DNA of 64,000 bases, from contig DAOTWD010000003.1 of the NCBI GenBank assembly GCA_034435975.1, forward strand, positions 70,167 through 134,166, written 5' to 3'. Shown one piece after another: positions 55,993-64,000 of this stretch. Below the pieces are notes generated by a model, which saw only the letters and a list, made by a program, of their open reading frames with translations, made no database searches and was not told where the DNA came from. The stretch comes from Chloroflexaceae bacterium. GTDB taxonomy: Bacteria > Chloroflexota > Chloroflexia > Chloroflexales > Chloroflexaceae. Both the position numbers and the translations under genes were made by a program. Within the stretch, counting starts at the first letter, position 1. Each line of letters opens with the position of its first letter.

Positions 55993-56630
55993 TCGAGATG
56001 ATCATCAAAATTGCAGGTGTTGTGTTGACCCTGTGTGTATTGAGTCGCATGATCTGGGTGCATAACAATCCCCTGTTTCGCTTTGCGCAATACCTGTTTG
56101 TTGGTGTCTCACTGGGGTATGCATGCGTTGTTTTCTATCATCAAGTACTCTGGCCAGCCGTGTCTCGGGTATCAAGTAATCTTAATAACACGGGAATAGT
56201 AGGATTCTACCTGGTACCGTTTCTCCTGGGATTGTTGCTTCTACCGCGCATTGCCGGTCAGCAACAATGGTCATGGTTGGCAAATATTCCACTGGCACTC
56301 CTGTTTGGGGTCGGAACTGCGCTGGCGCTGGGCGGTGTGTTAGTCGGAACGCTGCTCCCCCAGGTATTGGATACAATACGGGGTACTGATGGTTCCCTCG
56401 CGCAGGTATTGGGATCAGTATTCCTGGCTATCGGGGTTATGCTAACCTTGAGTTACTTTTTCTTTACAGTTCCCTCTGATAGCGGTGCAGGGCGTTTTCT
56501 TGCAGTAAACGCCCGCGCTGGCTACTGGTTATTGATGGTGGCCTTTGGGTTCTTTTTTGCCGGAGCACTACGTACCTATCTGGCAGCATTGATCGAACGG
56601 TTACATTATCTTATTGATTGGAACGTATAA
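55989..56630 (+). CDS. polytopic membrane protein of unknown function (operon gene 4)
   Basis: The ATG at 55989 overlaps the gene 3 stop (ATGA). 213 aa, about 6 TM segments. The tracked longer ORF (from 55695) overlaps gene 3 and is rejected. Confidence 0.7.
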   Translation: MIEMIIKIAGVVLTLCVLSRMIWVHNNPLFRFAQYLFVGVSLGYACVVFYHQVLWPAVSRVSSNLNNTGIVGFYLVPFLLGLLLLPRIAGQQQWSWLANIPLALLFGVGTALALGGVLVGTLLPQVLDTIRGTDGSLAQVLGSVFLAIGVMLTLSYFFFTVPSDSGAGRFLAVNARAGYWLLMVAFGFFFAGALRTYLAALIERLHYLIDWNV

Positions 56631-56692
56631 CCGCTCGCTATCAGGAATGCGATGGGCCTGCCGTGCAGGTTCTTCCGCTTACCCACAGAAGA

Positions 56693-59164
56693 ATGACCGA
56701 TTCTTCGCCTATCTATGACAAAAAGATGATGCCTGACACGCTCTGTTCTATACTTGTTGCCGAGATTGGCAGTCTCACCACCCGCGTTACCCTCGTAGAT
56801 GAGGTTGATGGTGAGCGCCGTATGATTGGCCGCGCTGAGGTGTTTAGCAGTATCGAGCCACCGCATCAGCATGCATTTATGGCGGTGCTGGAGGGGGCTG
56901 TGCAAATAGCTCAGGCGACTGGTCGGCAGTTATTACATGAAGGTCAGTTACTGATGCCCCAGAACCGAGAGCGCGATGGCATTGATCACGTTGTTTTTGT
57001 CAGCAGTGCTGCTGGTGATCTGGCTCTGGTGATTACCGCTATTGCCGGCGATGTCTCAGCCCGTAGTGCCCTCCATGCCAGTCGTTGCACCTATACCAGT
57101 CTGCTCCAGATCGTAACGCTTGATGATGCGATGATGCGCGTCAGTGGTGATGGGAGCACTTCATGGATTGTACGGCAGATCCAATCCATGCTGGCAAAAA
57201 GTCCAGATGTCATATTGATGGCAGGTGGTCTGGAAGGTGGTGCTACAGAGGCGCTAGGACGCCTGGCGCATATTGTTGGCTTGACGAATTTGCGGACGGC
57301 TGTCGATACCAGTGGTCAACAGCGTCAGGATGTGTCCCCCCGCCCGGTTCTTTTTGCCGGCAATAGTGCTGCCAGTGGGCACGTGACGGAAGTACTGGCC
57401 GGTCGAGCGGAAATACTTATTGTCGATAATGTTCGCCCAACCCTGGACATAGAGCGGTTAGAACCAGCCCGTCAGGAAATCATACGGTTATACGATGAAC
57501 GAATTCTGAATCGGTTGCCAGGGATACCAACATTGCGGCGACTCAGTAGTACAAGTGTACCGATCACCACCGTGTGTAACGTTGAGGGGCTGATCACACG
57601 GTTTGTGGCCGAGCAATATGAACGCCAGGTGCTAACATTGGATGTCGGCTCAGCCAGTAGTAGTGCGTTTCTTGCTAGCCCGGGACATTATCATCCCGTG
57701 GTGCTGGGAAATTGTGGCACGGGTTATGGCTTGACCACGCTTTTGAAAGAACGGGGTATTCCTAATATTGCTCGCTGGCTCCCTTTCCCGATCACCGAGG
57801 AGGAACTTACTCAGTGGTTGCTGAATAAACTGTTGCGCCCCCACCTGATACCAACTTCTCGTGAGGATGTGTATATTGAACAGGCCGTTACGCGTGAGGC
57901 CCTAACGCTCGTGTTAGATGCGCTGCGTGATGAATGCCCGACACCAGAGTATGATCTGGTGTTCGCCGGCGGAGGTGTCCTCTCTCATGTGCCCCATCCC
58001 GGCATGGCTGTCTTGATGTTGCTTGATGTGCTCCCGGCTGTAGCGCAAAACACTCTGGCGCTGGATCTCCATCTTGATACCTTTAGTCTCCTGTCAGTCT
58101 GCGGTGCGCTGGCGCGGTTTGATCCGGATGCTGCAGTGACAGTTTTTGAACGTGATCTATGGCACAATACTCCGCTGGCAACCTGTGTGGTACTTGCTGG
58201 CGAGGGGTCATCTGATACCGTGGCAGTTGAGGCAGAACTGGTAAGCCGTGGCCGATCGCAGCACGTAGCGGTGCGACATGGACAGGTCGCCCGATTACGG
58301 CTCGATCCGGGTAATCGAGGACAACTGATACTCCGCCCGGCACCAGGTGTGCATATTGGGCACAACGAGCCGGGCGCAGAGGTGCGCTCGGATCTGGCAG
58401 CACTGAAGGGTAGTGTCCTGGGTATTATTATTGATGCCCGTGGCCGTCCGTTGCAGTTACCGATTGATGAGACACGCCGCTGTGCGCAGATCTGGGAGTG
58501 GCTGGTAGCATTGGGAGTGGAATATGATCAAAGTCCCTATGTTAATATGCCATTGTCAATCCCAGAGGTTATTGATGTTGACCATAATGTAGATACACCA
58601 GCCACTGATATAGAACGTGATCGTTCCACCCAGACGTCTAAAGCAACGCGGCGGTGGTGGGGCAGACGGGGTAGAACTCCAGATACTGCTGCTGTACCAC
58701 CGGAACCGTCTATCGCAACACCGGCAACCAGCACGGAGCCGTCAGGGCCATTGACCGAGGTACCGCTCGCAGGAGTGCAAGCAGAGCAGGTAGCGGGCAG
58801 CGGCATGCCAGTGGTTCCTGATGTGGCTGTGATCCAGAGTGATCCCGTTAGTACGGTCGAATCGGTACCGGCCCCAGATGCACCGGCGGTACAGGCGATC
58901 AAGCCCGGTTCACGCATTTCCCTGAGCGACCTGGCCGCCCGGAGCGAAGACCTGCCAGCAACTCCCAGATCGCCCGCACTCAAGCCCGGTTCACGCATTT
59001 CCTTGAGCGACCTGGCCGCCCAGGAACTGACGCAGTCATCAGAGTCAGTATCTCCCTCCGGTTCAGATGAACACGAACCAGATGCCATTCAAAGCGATCT
59101 GGCAAAACTACGCCAGTCGGTTTCCGCCCCCAGGAAGGGTGGCTGGTTTGGACGTAAGAAATAG
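56693..59164 (+). CDS. GlmL/MutL-family (ASKHA, actin-fold) ATPase-like protein with a disordered Pro/Ala/Ser-rich tail (operon gene 5)
   Basis: N-terminal phosphate-1-like ILVAEIGSLTTRVTLVD and the VFVSSAAGDLAL segment resemble the GlmL (glutamate mutase accessory) family as I recall it. The tail has a duplicated KPGSRISLSDLAA and ends KGGWFGRKK. Start uncertain (56618 or 56693). Confidence 0.6.
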   Translation: MTDSSPIYDKKMMPDTLCSILVAEIGSLTTRVTLVDEVDGERRMIGRAEVFSSIEPPHQHAFMAVLEGAVQIAQATGRQLLHEGQLLMPQNRERDGIDHVVFVSSAAGDLALVITAIAGDVSARSALHASRCTYTSLLQIVTLDDAMMRVSGDGSTSWIVRQIQSMLAKSPDVILMAGGLEGGATEALGRLAHIVGLTNLRTAVDTSGQQRQDVSPRPVLFAGNSAASGHVTEVLAGRAEILIVDNVRPTLDIERLEPARQEIIRLYDERILNRLPGIPTLRRLSSTSVPITTVCNVEGLITRFVAEQYERQVLTLDVGSASSSAFLASPGHYHPVVLGNCGTGYGLTTLLKERGIPNIARWLPFPITEEELTQWLLNKLLRPHLIPTSREDVYIEQAVTREALTLVLDALRDECPTPEYDLVFAGGGVLSHVPHPGMAVLMLLDVLPAVAQNTLALDLHLDTFSLLSVCGALARFDPDAAVTVFERDLWHNTPLATCVVLAGEGSSDTVAVEAELVSRGRSQHVAVRHGQVARLRLDPGNRGQLILRPAPGVHIGHNEPGAEVRSDLAALKGSVLGIIIDARGRPLQLPIDETRRCAQIWEWLVALGVEYDQSPYVNMPLSIPEVIDVDHNVDTPATDIERDRSTQTSKATRRWWGRRGRTPDTAAVPPEPSIATPATSTEPSGPLTEVPLAGVQAEQVAGSGMPVVPDVAVIQSDPVSTVESVPAPDAPAVQAIKPGSRISLSDLAARSEDLPATPRSPALKPGSRISLSDLAAQELTQSSESVSPSGSDEHEPDAIQSDLAKLRQSVSAPRKGGWFGRKK
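58899..59021 (+). repeat. 42-bp direct repeat (1 mismatch) with 81-bp (27-codon) period inside the tail of operon gene 5
   Basis: TCAAGCCCGGTTCACGCATTTCC[C/T]TGAGCGACCTGGCCGCCC at 58899-58940 and 58980-59021. Confidence 0.9.
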
Positions 59165-59228
59165 AATAGCTGGATCCACTTTCAAATCTGCATCAAACCA
59201 ACCATGCCTGGTGCCTGATGCTTGCGCT

Positions 59229-59927
59229 TCAGTCACCAACAATATACCGGGCTTTGATCACTTCCTGTAGTCGTCTCCGCTTGTCCGCTGGTTTTGCCTC
59301 CACCCATTGTTCGATCTGTAGCGTCTCATTTGCCAGTTCATCATCCCGGATAACATAGCGGAACCAGTTGCTATAATCGCCTTGCTGCAAATGGTACAGC
59401 CAGGTCGCATCGTCCACTTCATCACTATACTGAATGAAACTGGTGAGCGAGTTTGCCATCAAGTCGTACCACCCGTTTGGCCCGCGAAAGTAAAAGCCAT
59501 AGGCTGGCTCAACCGGGGCTATATCATGTTTACGGGCTGAACTGGTTGTTGCGTCAGGTATCGCTAGACCATTATTGCTGCTCGGATGAGCAGACTGGCT
59601 ATGGGGGTCAGTTATAGCTGGCGACGACCGGGCAGGATGTGGGGGAGGCACCTGGGGCACTTCATCCATACTGTTCCGGGTTGATGGGAATGGGGGATAA
59701 TCATGAACCGATCGCTGATTGGGTATGCCCAGCAGACTCTGAAAGAAGGATGTACTGGTTTGTACCAGATCGGCTATCGAACGAAGGCTATGCGTGGCCA
59801 GACGCATATTCATCACCGTTATCTGCTGCCAGAAATCATATCCGGTGATCATCGCAACTTCGGCCATCTTGATCGATAGGTAAATCTGGTCGCGCAGGTG
59901 CTGCTCCATCGCTTGATTCTGCATCAT
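59229..59927 (-). CDS. hypothetical protein with a C-terminal DUF5752-like domain
   Basis: FYFRGPNGWYDLMANSLTSFIQYSDEVDDATWLYHLQQGDYSNWFRYVIRDDELANETL resembles, from memory, the DUF5752 pattern (F.F...G..A.sL.eF...H..rGDFs.W....gD.eLA). The N-terminal helical part and the P/S-rich linker are unassigned. Confidence 0.5.
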   Translation of the reverse strand: MMQNQAMEQHLRDQIYLSIKMAEVAMITGYDFWQQITVMNMRLATHSLRSIADLVQTSTSFFQSLLGIPNQRSVHDYPPFPSTRNSMDEVPQVPPPHPARSSPAITDPHSQSAHPSSNNGLAIPDATTSSARKHDIAPVEPAYGFYFRGPNGWYDLMANSLTSFIQYSDEVDDATWLYHLQQGDYSNWFRYVIRDDELANETLQIEQWVEAKPADKRRRLQEVIKARYIVGD

Positions 59928-59944
59928 ACATCGAGATCCTTTCG

Positions 59945-60646
59945 TTACTCCTCGCTGATGGCAATTGTGAGAATCGGTTCGCCTGGCTCTACAGCCGTGT
60001 TCGGATCACGTGGCGGAATGCCATCCACAATGTCCTGGCCTTCAATCACTTCACCGAAGATCGTATACTGGTTGTCAAGCCAGCGTGCTGGCCCGGTTGT
60101 AATGAAAAACTGCGACCCACCACTGTCTGGATCACTTGAGCGAGCCATTGCAAGCAGACCGGGACGATCAAAGCGGATTTTGCTGGTAAACTCAGCAGGA
60201 ATGCTATAGCCTGGCCCACCCATACCCGTGCCGGTCGGATCGCCTGCCTGGGCCATAAAACCTTCAATCACGCGATGCCAGGTGACACCGTCATAGAACC
60301 CTTCGCGAGCGAGAAACACAAAGTTATTCACGGTTTGCGGTGCGATATCTGGCAACAATCGCACCCGAATGTCGCCGCGTGGCGTAACAATAGTCGCAAC
60401 ATAGGTATGGGCAGGATTGATCAACATAGGCGGTGGCGCGCTATATTGACGTTGGCCAGAAGAAGGCGGGGGTACTGCCTCAGCCTGGAGACTATTGCTA
60501 CCATCACTACGGGTGGGCAACTCAGTACGATTGATGAGTATGACAGCCAGTACAATAAAAATAGCGAACACAACAAGTTTGGAAATAGTACCGAGAATGG
60601 TATTTGATGCCTCAGCGGTTCTGGGTGTACGTTTGGTTTGACTCAC
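59945..60646 (-). CDS. membrane-anchored cyclophilin-type peptidyl-prolyl cis-trans isomerase
   Basis: N-terminal TM (LVVFAIFIVLAVILI). Cyclophilin core: FYDGVTWHRVIEGFMAQAGDPTGTGMGGPGYSIPAEF and GGSQFFIT. Confidence 0.9.
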   Translation of the reverse strand: MSQTKRTPRTAEASNTILGTISKLVVFAIFIVLAVILINRTELPTRSDGSNSLQAEAVPPPSSGQRQYSAPPPMLINPAHTYVATIVTPRGDIRVRLLPDIAPQTVNNFVFLAREGFYDGVTWHRVIEGFMAQAGDPTGTGMGGPGYSIPAEFTSKIRFDRPGLLAMARSSDPDSGGSQFFITTGPARWLDNQYTIFGEVIEGQDIVDGIPPRDPNTAVEPGEPILTIAISEE

Positions 60647-61005
60647 GATTTGTTCCTCTTAAAAATATGCAATCTCTCCCCAACACCACATTATATCATG
60701 AAGATCAGGGCCACCATAAATCAATCAGGCGTTATGCGCTAGCCTGCTTAATCGGCCTGTGGGTCTTCTGCAATCCCCTGAAAGTGCAAACGAACGTGGG
60801 GCAATAGGATTAAGGTACCTCCTGCACCATAATATTATATGGTACTCCTTTCAGATAGGGATACCGATATCTCAGGATCAAGGGCGTTGTTGTTGCAACA
60901 GCTTGCTGATATGCGCAAACTCCTCATTATGATCAGTTCTGCCGAAGGCGAAAAAGCGGGATGATCATATCATCCTAGTACCTCCAATCAATCAGCACAA
61001 CACCG

Positions 61006-61887
61006 TCATGTTATGTTGAAGCTGTCCGGTGAGGGGACAAAACCATAGGCGGCAAGCACGGTGCTAACGCCACGTAAAGGGGTTTGCAACAAGCTTTGGG
61101 CTAAACGGATGTCAAGGGTGCAGTTGCGTGGCCGTCGTTCGGCATAGGCAGTACTGAAACCACCTTGTAGGCGTGCAGGATCATAGCCATACGCCCGGGC
61201 CAGATGTGTCCCAAACTCAAAGCGACTCATCGGTTCAGCACCGGCCACATGCAGCACACCCTGGTAGTTATTCCGGGCTAACTCCAGCAAGGCCAGGGCC
61301 AGGTCAACAACAAAAATTGGACAACGATATTCATCATGAAACAATTGCCCTTGCAGCGTTCCCTGCACCAGATTCAACACGAACTGTGTATGCCGATCCA
61401 GAGGTTCAAAGCCATATGTAAGCGACGTGCGAACAATAACCGCTGAGGGACACACCGCCTGAACACACTGCTCGGCATACGCCTTGGCCCGGCCATAAGC
61501 CGTAATCGGATTGGGAGGATCATGTTCAGTGTAGGCATCGCTACGCTCACCGTCAAAAATAACGTCGCTTGACAGATGAATCAATCGTGCCCCTAGCTGT
61601 TGAACCACAGTCGCTACCTGGCATGCACCCGTGGCAGTCACTGCCCACAAATTGGGATCATGCTGTCGAAATGCCGTGTGAATAACAACATCAGGCTGAA
61701 ATGTACCCAGAACCTGCTCCACGGATGCAACGTCACATACATCAAGCGCAAACCAGCGCGTGGGTGTATCACCTGGCGGGGCCTGACGGAAATAGCTGGC
61801 CGCCACCTGCCAGTCCTGTGCTGCTGCGAGGCGGATAAGCGTTCGACCAAGATAACCTGTCCCACCGGTAATAAAAAGACGTTGCAT
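61006..61887 (-). CDS. NAD(P)-dependent sugar epimerase/reductase, RmlD-like (SDR family)
   Basis: MQRLFITGGTGYLGRTL Rossmann motif and the catalytic YGRAKAYAE (YxxxK). Confidence 0.75.
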   Translation of the reverse strand: MQRLFITGGTGYLGRTLIRLAAAQDWQVAASYFRQAPPGDTPTRWFALDVCDVASVEQVLGTFQPDVVIHTAFRQHDPNLWAVTATGACQVATVVQQLGARLIHLSSDVIFDGERSDAYTEHDPPNPITAYGRAKAYAEQCVQAVCPSAVIVRTSLTYGFEPLDRHTQFVLNLVQGTLQGQLFHDEYRCPIFVVDLALALLELARNNYQGVLHVAGAEPMSRFEFGTHLARAYGYDPARLQGGFSTAYAERRPRNCTLDIRLAQSLLQTPLRGVSTVLAAYGFVPSPDSFNIT

Positions 61888-61911
61888 ATGGTTTGCCAGG
61901 ATAGCCGTGTG

Positions 61912-62613
61912 TCATTGTTCTGGCGGTTTATTCATTGCTTCTAACGCCATCTGCGCGGCGCGTTGGGCGGCTGCCTGTTTACTCGAACCACTGCCGAGGC
62001 CGAGAAGCTCCTGACCGACCAGAACTTCAACCGTAAATTGCCGACAGTGGTCGGGGCCAGTTGCGCTAACGGTACGATAGACCGGGGTCATGCCATAGCG
62101 TGCCTGTACGTGTTCCTGCAACCGGGTACGATAGTCAATCTCGGCATTGCCTGCCAGGATGAGGGCCACTTCACGTTCAAGAAAAGGCAAGATAAACGAA
62201 CGAGCCGTATCCAGGCCTTGATCGAGATAAATAGCACCTACCACTGCCTCGAACACATCCGCGAGTAACGGCGCACGATCCCGAGCCGCACTGGTATCCT
62301 CGCCCCGACTGATACGAATGAACCTCCCAAGCTGCAACTCACGCGCAAAGCGGGCCAGGGTGGTCGTTTTGACCAGCGCTGCACGTAACGCCGTCAACTC
62401 GCCTTCACCACGTTCTGGAAAGCGTGCATATAACCATGCCGCCGTGAGAAAATTCAGAATCGCATCACCGAGAAATTCTAACCGTTCGTTGGACGATAAT
62501 CCAGGAACGCGTTCGGGATGTTCATGCAGAAACGAGCGATGGATCAGCGCATTCTCAAGCAAGCGCTGGTCGGTAAAGGTAACACCCAGAGTTTTCATCA
62601 AGACCGAGATCAT
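61912..62613 (-). CDS. rnc: ribonuclease III
   Basis: NERLEFLGDAIL signature and a C-terminal dsRBD (GPDHCRQFTVEV...GSGSSKQAAAQRAA). Confidence 0.95.
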   Translation of the reverse strand: MISVLMKTLGVTFTDQRLLENALIHRSFLHEHPERVPGLSSNERLEFLGDAILNFLTAAWLYARFPERGEGELTALRAALVKTTTLARFARELQLGRFIRISRGEDTSAARDRAPLLADVFEAVVGAIYLDQGLDTARSFILPFLEREVALILAGNAEIDYRTRLQEHVQARYGMTPVYRTVSATGPDHCRQFTVEVLVGQELLGLGSGSSKQAAAQRAAQMALEAMNKPPEQ

Positions 62614-62670
62614 AGCGTTGCGTATCGGGCTGGTGGCTTGCGATGGTCGTTGATGGCGGCCATGTCATTG

Positions 62671-63912
62671 CTACACGGTGAAGCGACGGTAGACCAGGGA
62701 AACATTATGCCCCCCAAATCCAAAAGAATTTTTGATCACCACGTTAACCGCGGCGGGCCGAGCCGTATTTGCGACCAGATTAAGATGACAACGTGGATCC
62801 GGTTGACGCAAATTAATCGTTGGTGGCAGGATGTTGTTCTGTATCGCCAGAATGCTGACAATCGACTCGACTGCCCCGGCTGCACCAAGCAGATGCCCAA
62901 ATTGTGATTTATTGGAACTGACGGGAATTTGCAATGCATGTGTGCCAAACACTGCCTTGATGGCCTCAATTTCAGCCACATCACCTGCTGGTGTACTGGT
63001 GCCATGGGCATTGATATAGTCAACATCGGCAGGGGCAATGCCTGCCCGTTTGAGAGCCATACGCATTGCACGGGCGGCACCCTCGCCTCCTTCGGGAGGT
63101 TGCGTAATATGATAGGCATCAGCAGTTGCACCATAGCCGACCAGTTCAGCCAGGATACGGGCACCACGACGCTGTGCATGCTCTAGATCTTCAAGGATCA
63201 TAATCCCGGCACCTTCGCTCAAGACAAAGCCATCGCGGGTGACATCAAATGGACGTGACGCACTGGCAGGTTCGTCATTACGGGTAGAGATGGCGCGAGC
63301 GCTATTAAAGGCTGCCACGCCCAGGGGGGTAATGGATGCTTCGGCACCACCGGCAATAACAACGCTGGCCCAGCCGCGCTTAATCGTCTCAGCCGCTTCA
63401 CCCAGGGCATGGGCCCCACTGGCACAGGCCGATGTCGTACATAGATTCGGGCCACGCGCACCGGTCATGATCGAGATCTGCCCGGCAGCCATGTTGGTAA
63501 TCATTGCCGGTACTAAAAAAGGACTGATACGGCCAGCCCCACGTGTACGCAATACTTCATGTTGCTCGGCAATCGTCCCAAGGCCACCAATACCACTGCC
63601 AATAAAGACACCGACATCGGCACTATTTTCGGGTGTGATCTTGAGGTCTGCAGTGCGTAATGCTTCCTGGGTAGCAGCAATCGCAAAGTGAATGAAGCGG
63701 TCATTCCGCCGCACTTCTTTGCGATCCATATAGTTGGTAGCTTCAAAACCCTTCACTTCACCTGCAAAGCGTGTCTCCAGACCATCAGGGTCAAACAAGG
63801 TAATTGGCCCCACGCCGCTGCGTGCTTCAGTGATTGCAGCCCATAATTGCGGCACATCAAGCCCTAATGGACTGACTGCACCCATACCAGTAATGACGAC
63901 CCGCCGCTCCAT
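62671..63912 (-). CDS. fabF: beta-ketoacyl-ACP synthase II
   Basis: MERRVVITGMGAVSPLG, active-site CASGAHA, HGTSTPAGD, and the GHLLGAAG...NSFGFGGHN end. The ATG at 63912 follows AAGGAGG. Confidence 0.95.
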   Translation of the reverse strand: MERRVVITGMGAVSPLGLDVPQLWAAITEARSGVGPITLFDPDGLETRFAGEVKGFEATNYMDRKEVRRNDRFIHFAIAATQEALRTADLKITPENSADVGVFIGSGIGGLGTIAEQHEVLRTRGAGRISPFLVPAMITNMAAGQISIMTGARGPNLCTTSACASGAHALGEAAETIKRGWASVVIAGGAEASITPLGVAAFNSARAISTRNDEPASASRPFDVTRDGFVLSEGAGIMILEDLEHAQRRGARILAELVGYGATADAYHITQPPEGGEGAARAMRMALKRAGIAPADVDYINAHGTSTPAGDVAEIEAIKAVFGTHALQIPVSSNKSQFGHLLGAAGAVESIVSILAIQNNILPPTINLRQPDPRCHLNLVANTARPAAVNVVIKNSFGFGGHNVSLVYRRFTV

Positions 63913-64000
63913 GCCCAGCGCCTCCTTCAACCATAACGCTTGTTCGCGCACATTATACCATGGCCTTCTGGTCATGCCTGGTGCGGGGATCGCCGTGTAT

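Noticed and set aside
1-64000. Mobile elements, prophage, CRISPR-Cas or defence islands
   Set aside because: No transposase, integrase, recombinase, Cas, restriction-modification or toxin-antitoxin signatures were recognised in any of the listed translations.

Overview
64-kb chromosomal segment with no rRNA, tRNA, CRISPR array, transposase or integrase that I can see. I call about 55 protein-coding genes. Gene content suggests a filamentous Chloroflexota-type genome; this is an inference from the isopentenyl phosphate kinase next to a UbiA-type prenyltransferase, the many Thr/Pro-rich linkers, and a TadE/TadG-type Tad locus. Recognisable housekeeping genes are ychF, xseBA, accB, fmt, rfbD, dprA, rdgB, ilvE, rpmB, degV, recG, rnc, fabF and a cyclophilin PPIase. 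Four accessory blocks stand out. (1) An ECF sigma/anti-sigma pair whose anti-sigma gene carries a perfect tandem Thr/Pro-coding repeat. (2) An NrtR-nicotinamidase NAD-salvage module with a textbook promoter/operator. (3) A ~16-kb Tad-like pilus locus (2 TadE-like, giant TadG-vWA, Kelch protein, CpaB, REC-fused TadZ, CpaF, TadB, TadC, DUF192, polytopic membrane protein) with no Flp pilin or prepilin peptidase gene in view. (4) An 8-kb five-gene operon (51060-59164) to which I can assign no function. It encodes three membrane proteins, a 1134-aa acidic protein with about 28 copies of a P-x-W-L motif, and a GlmL/MutL-type actin-fold ATPase; this is my best candidate for an undescribed system. Two families of dispersed intergenic repeats occur, a ~60-bp hairpin element in 4 copies and a ~120-bp element in 3 or more copies. 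There is also a decayed Zn-alcohol-dehydrogenase pseudogene and several long perfect hairpins inside operons. All functional calls rest on motifs read from the ORF translations and remembered family signatures; no searches were run.
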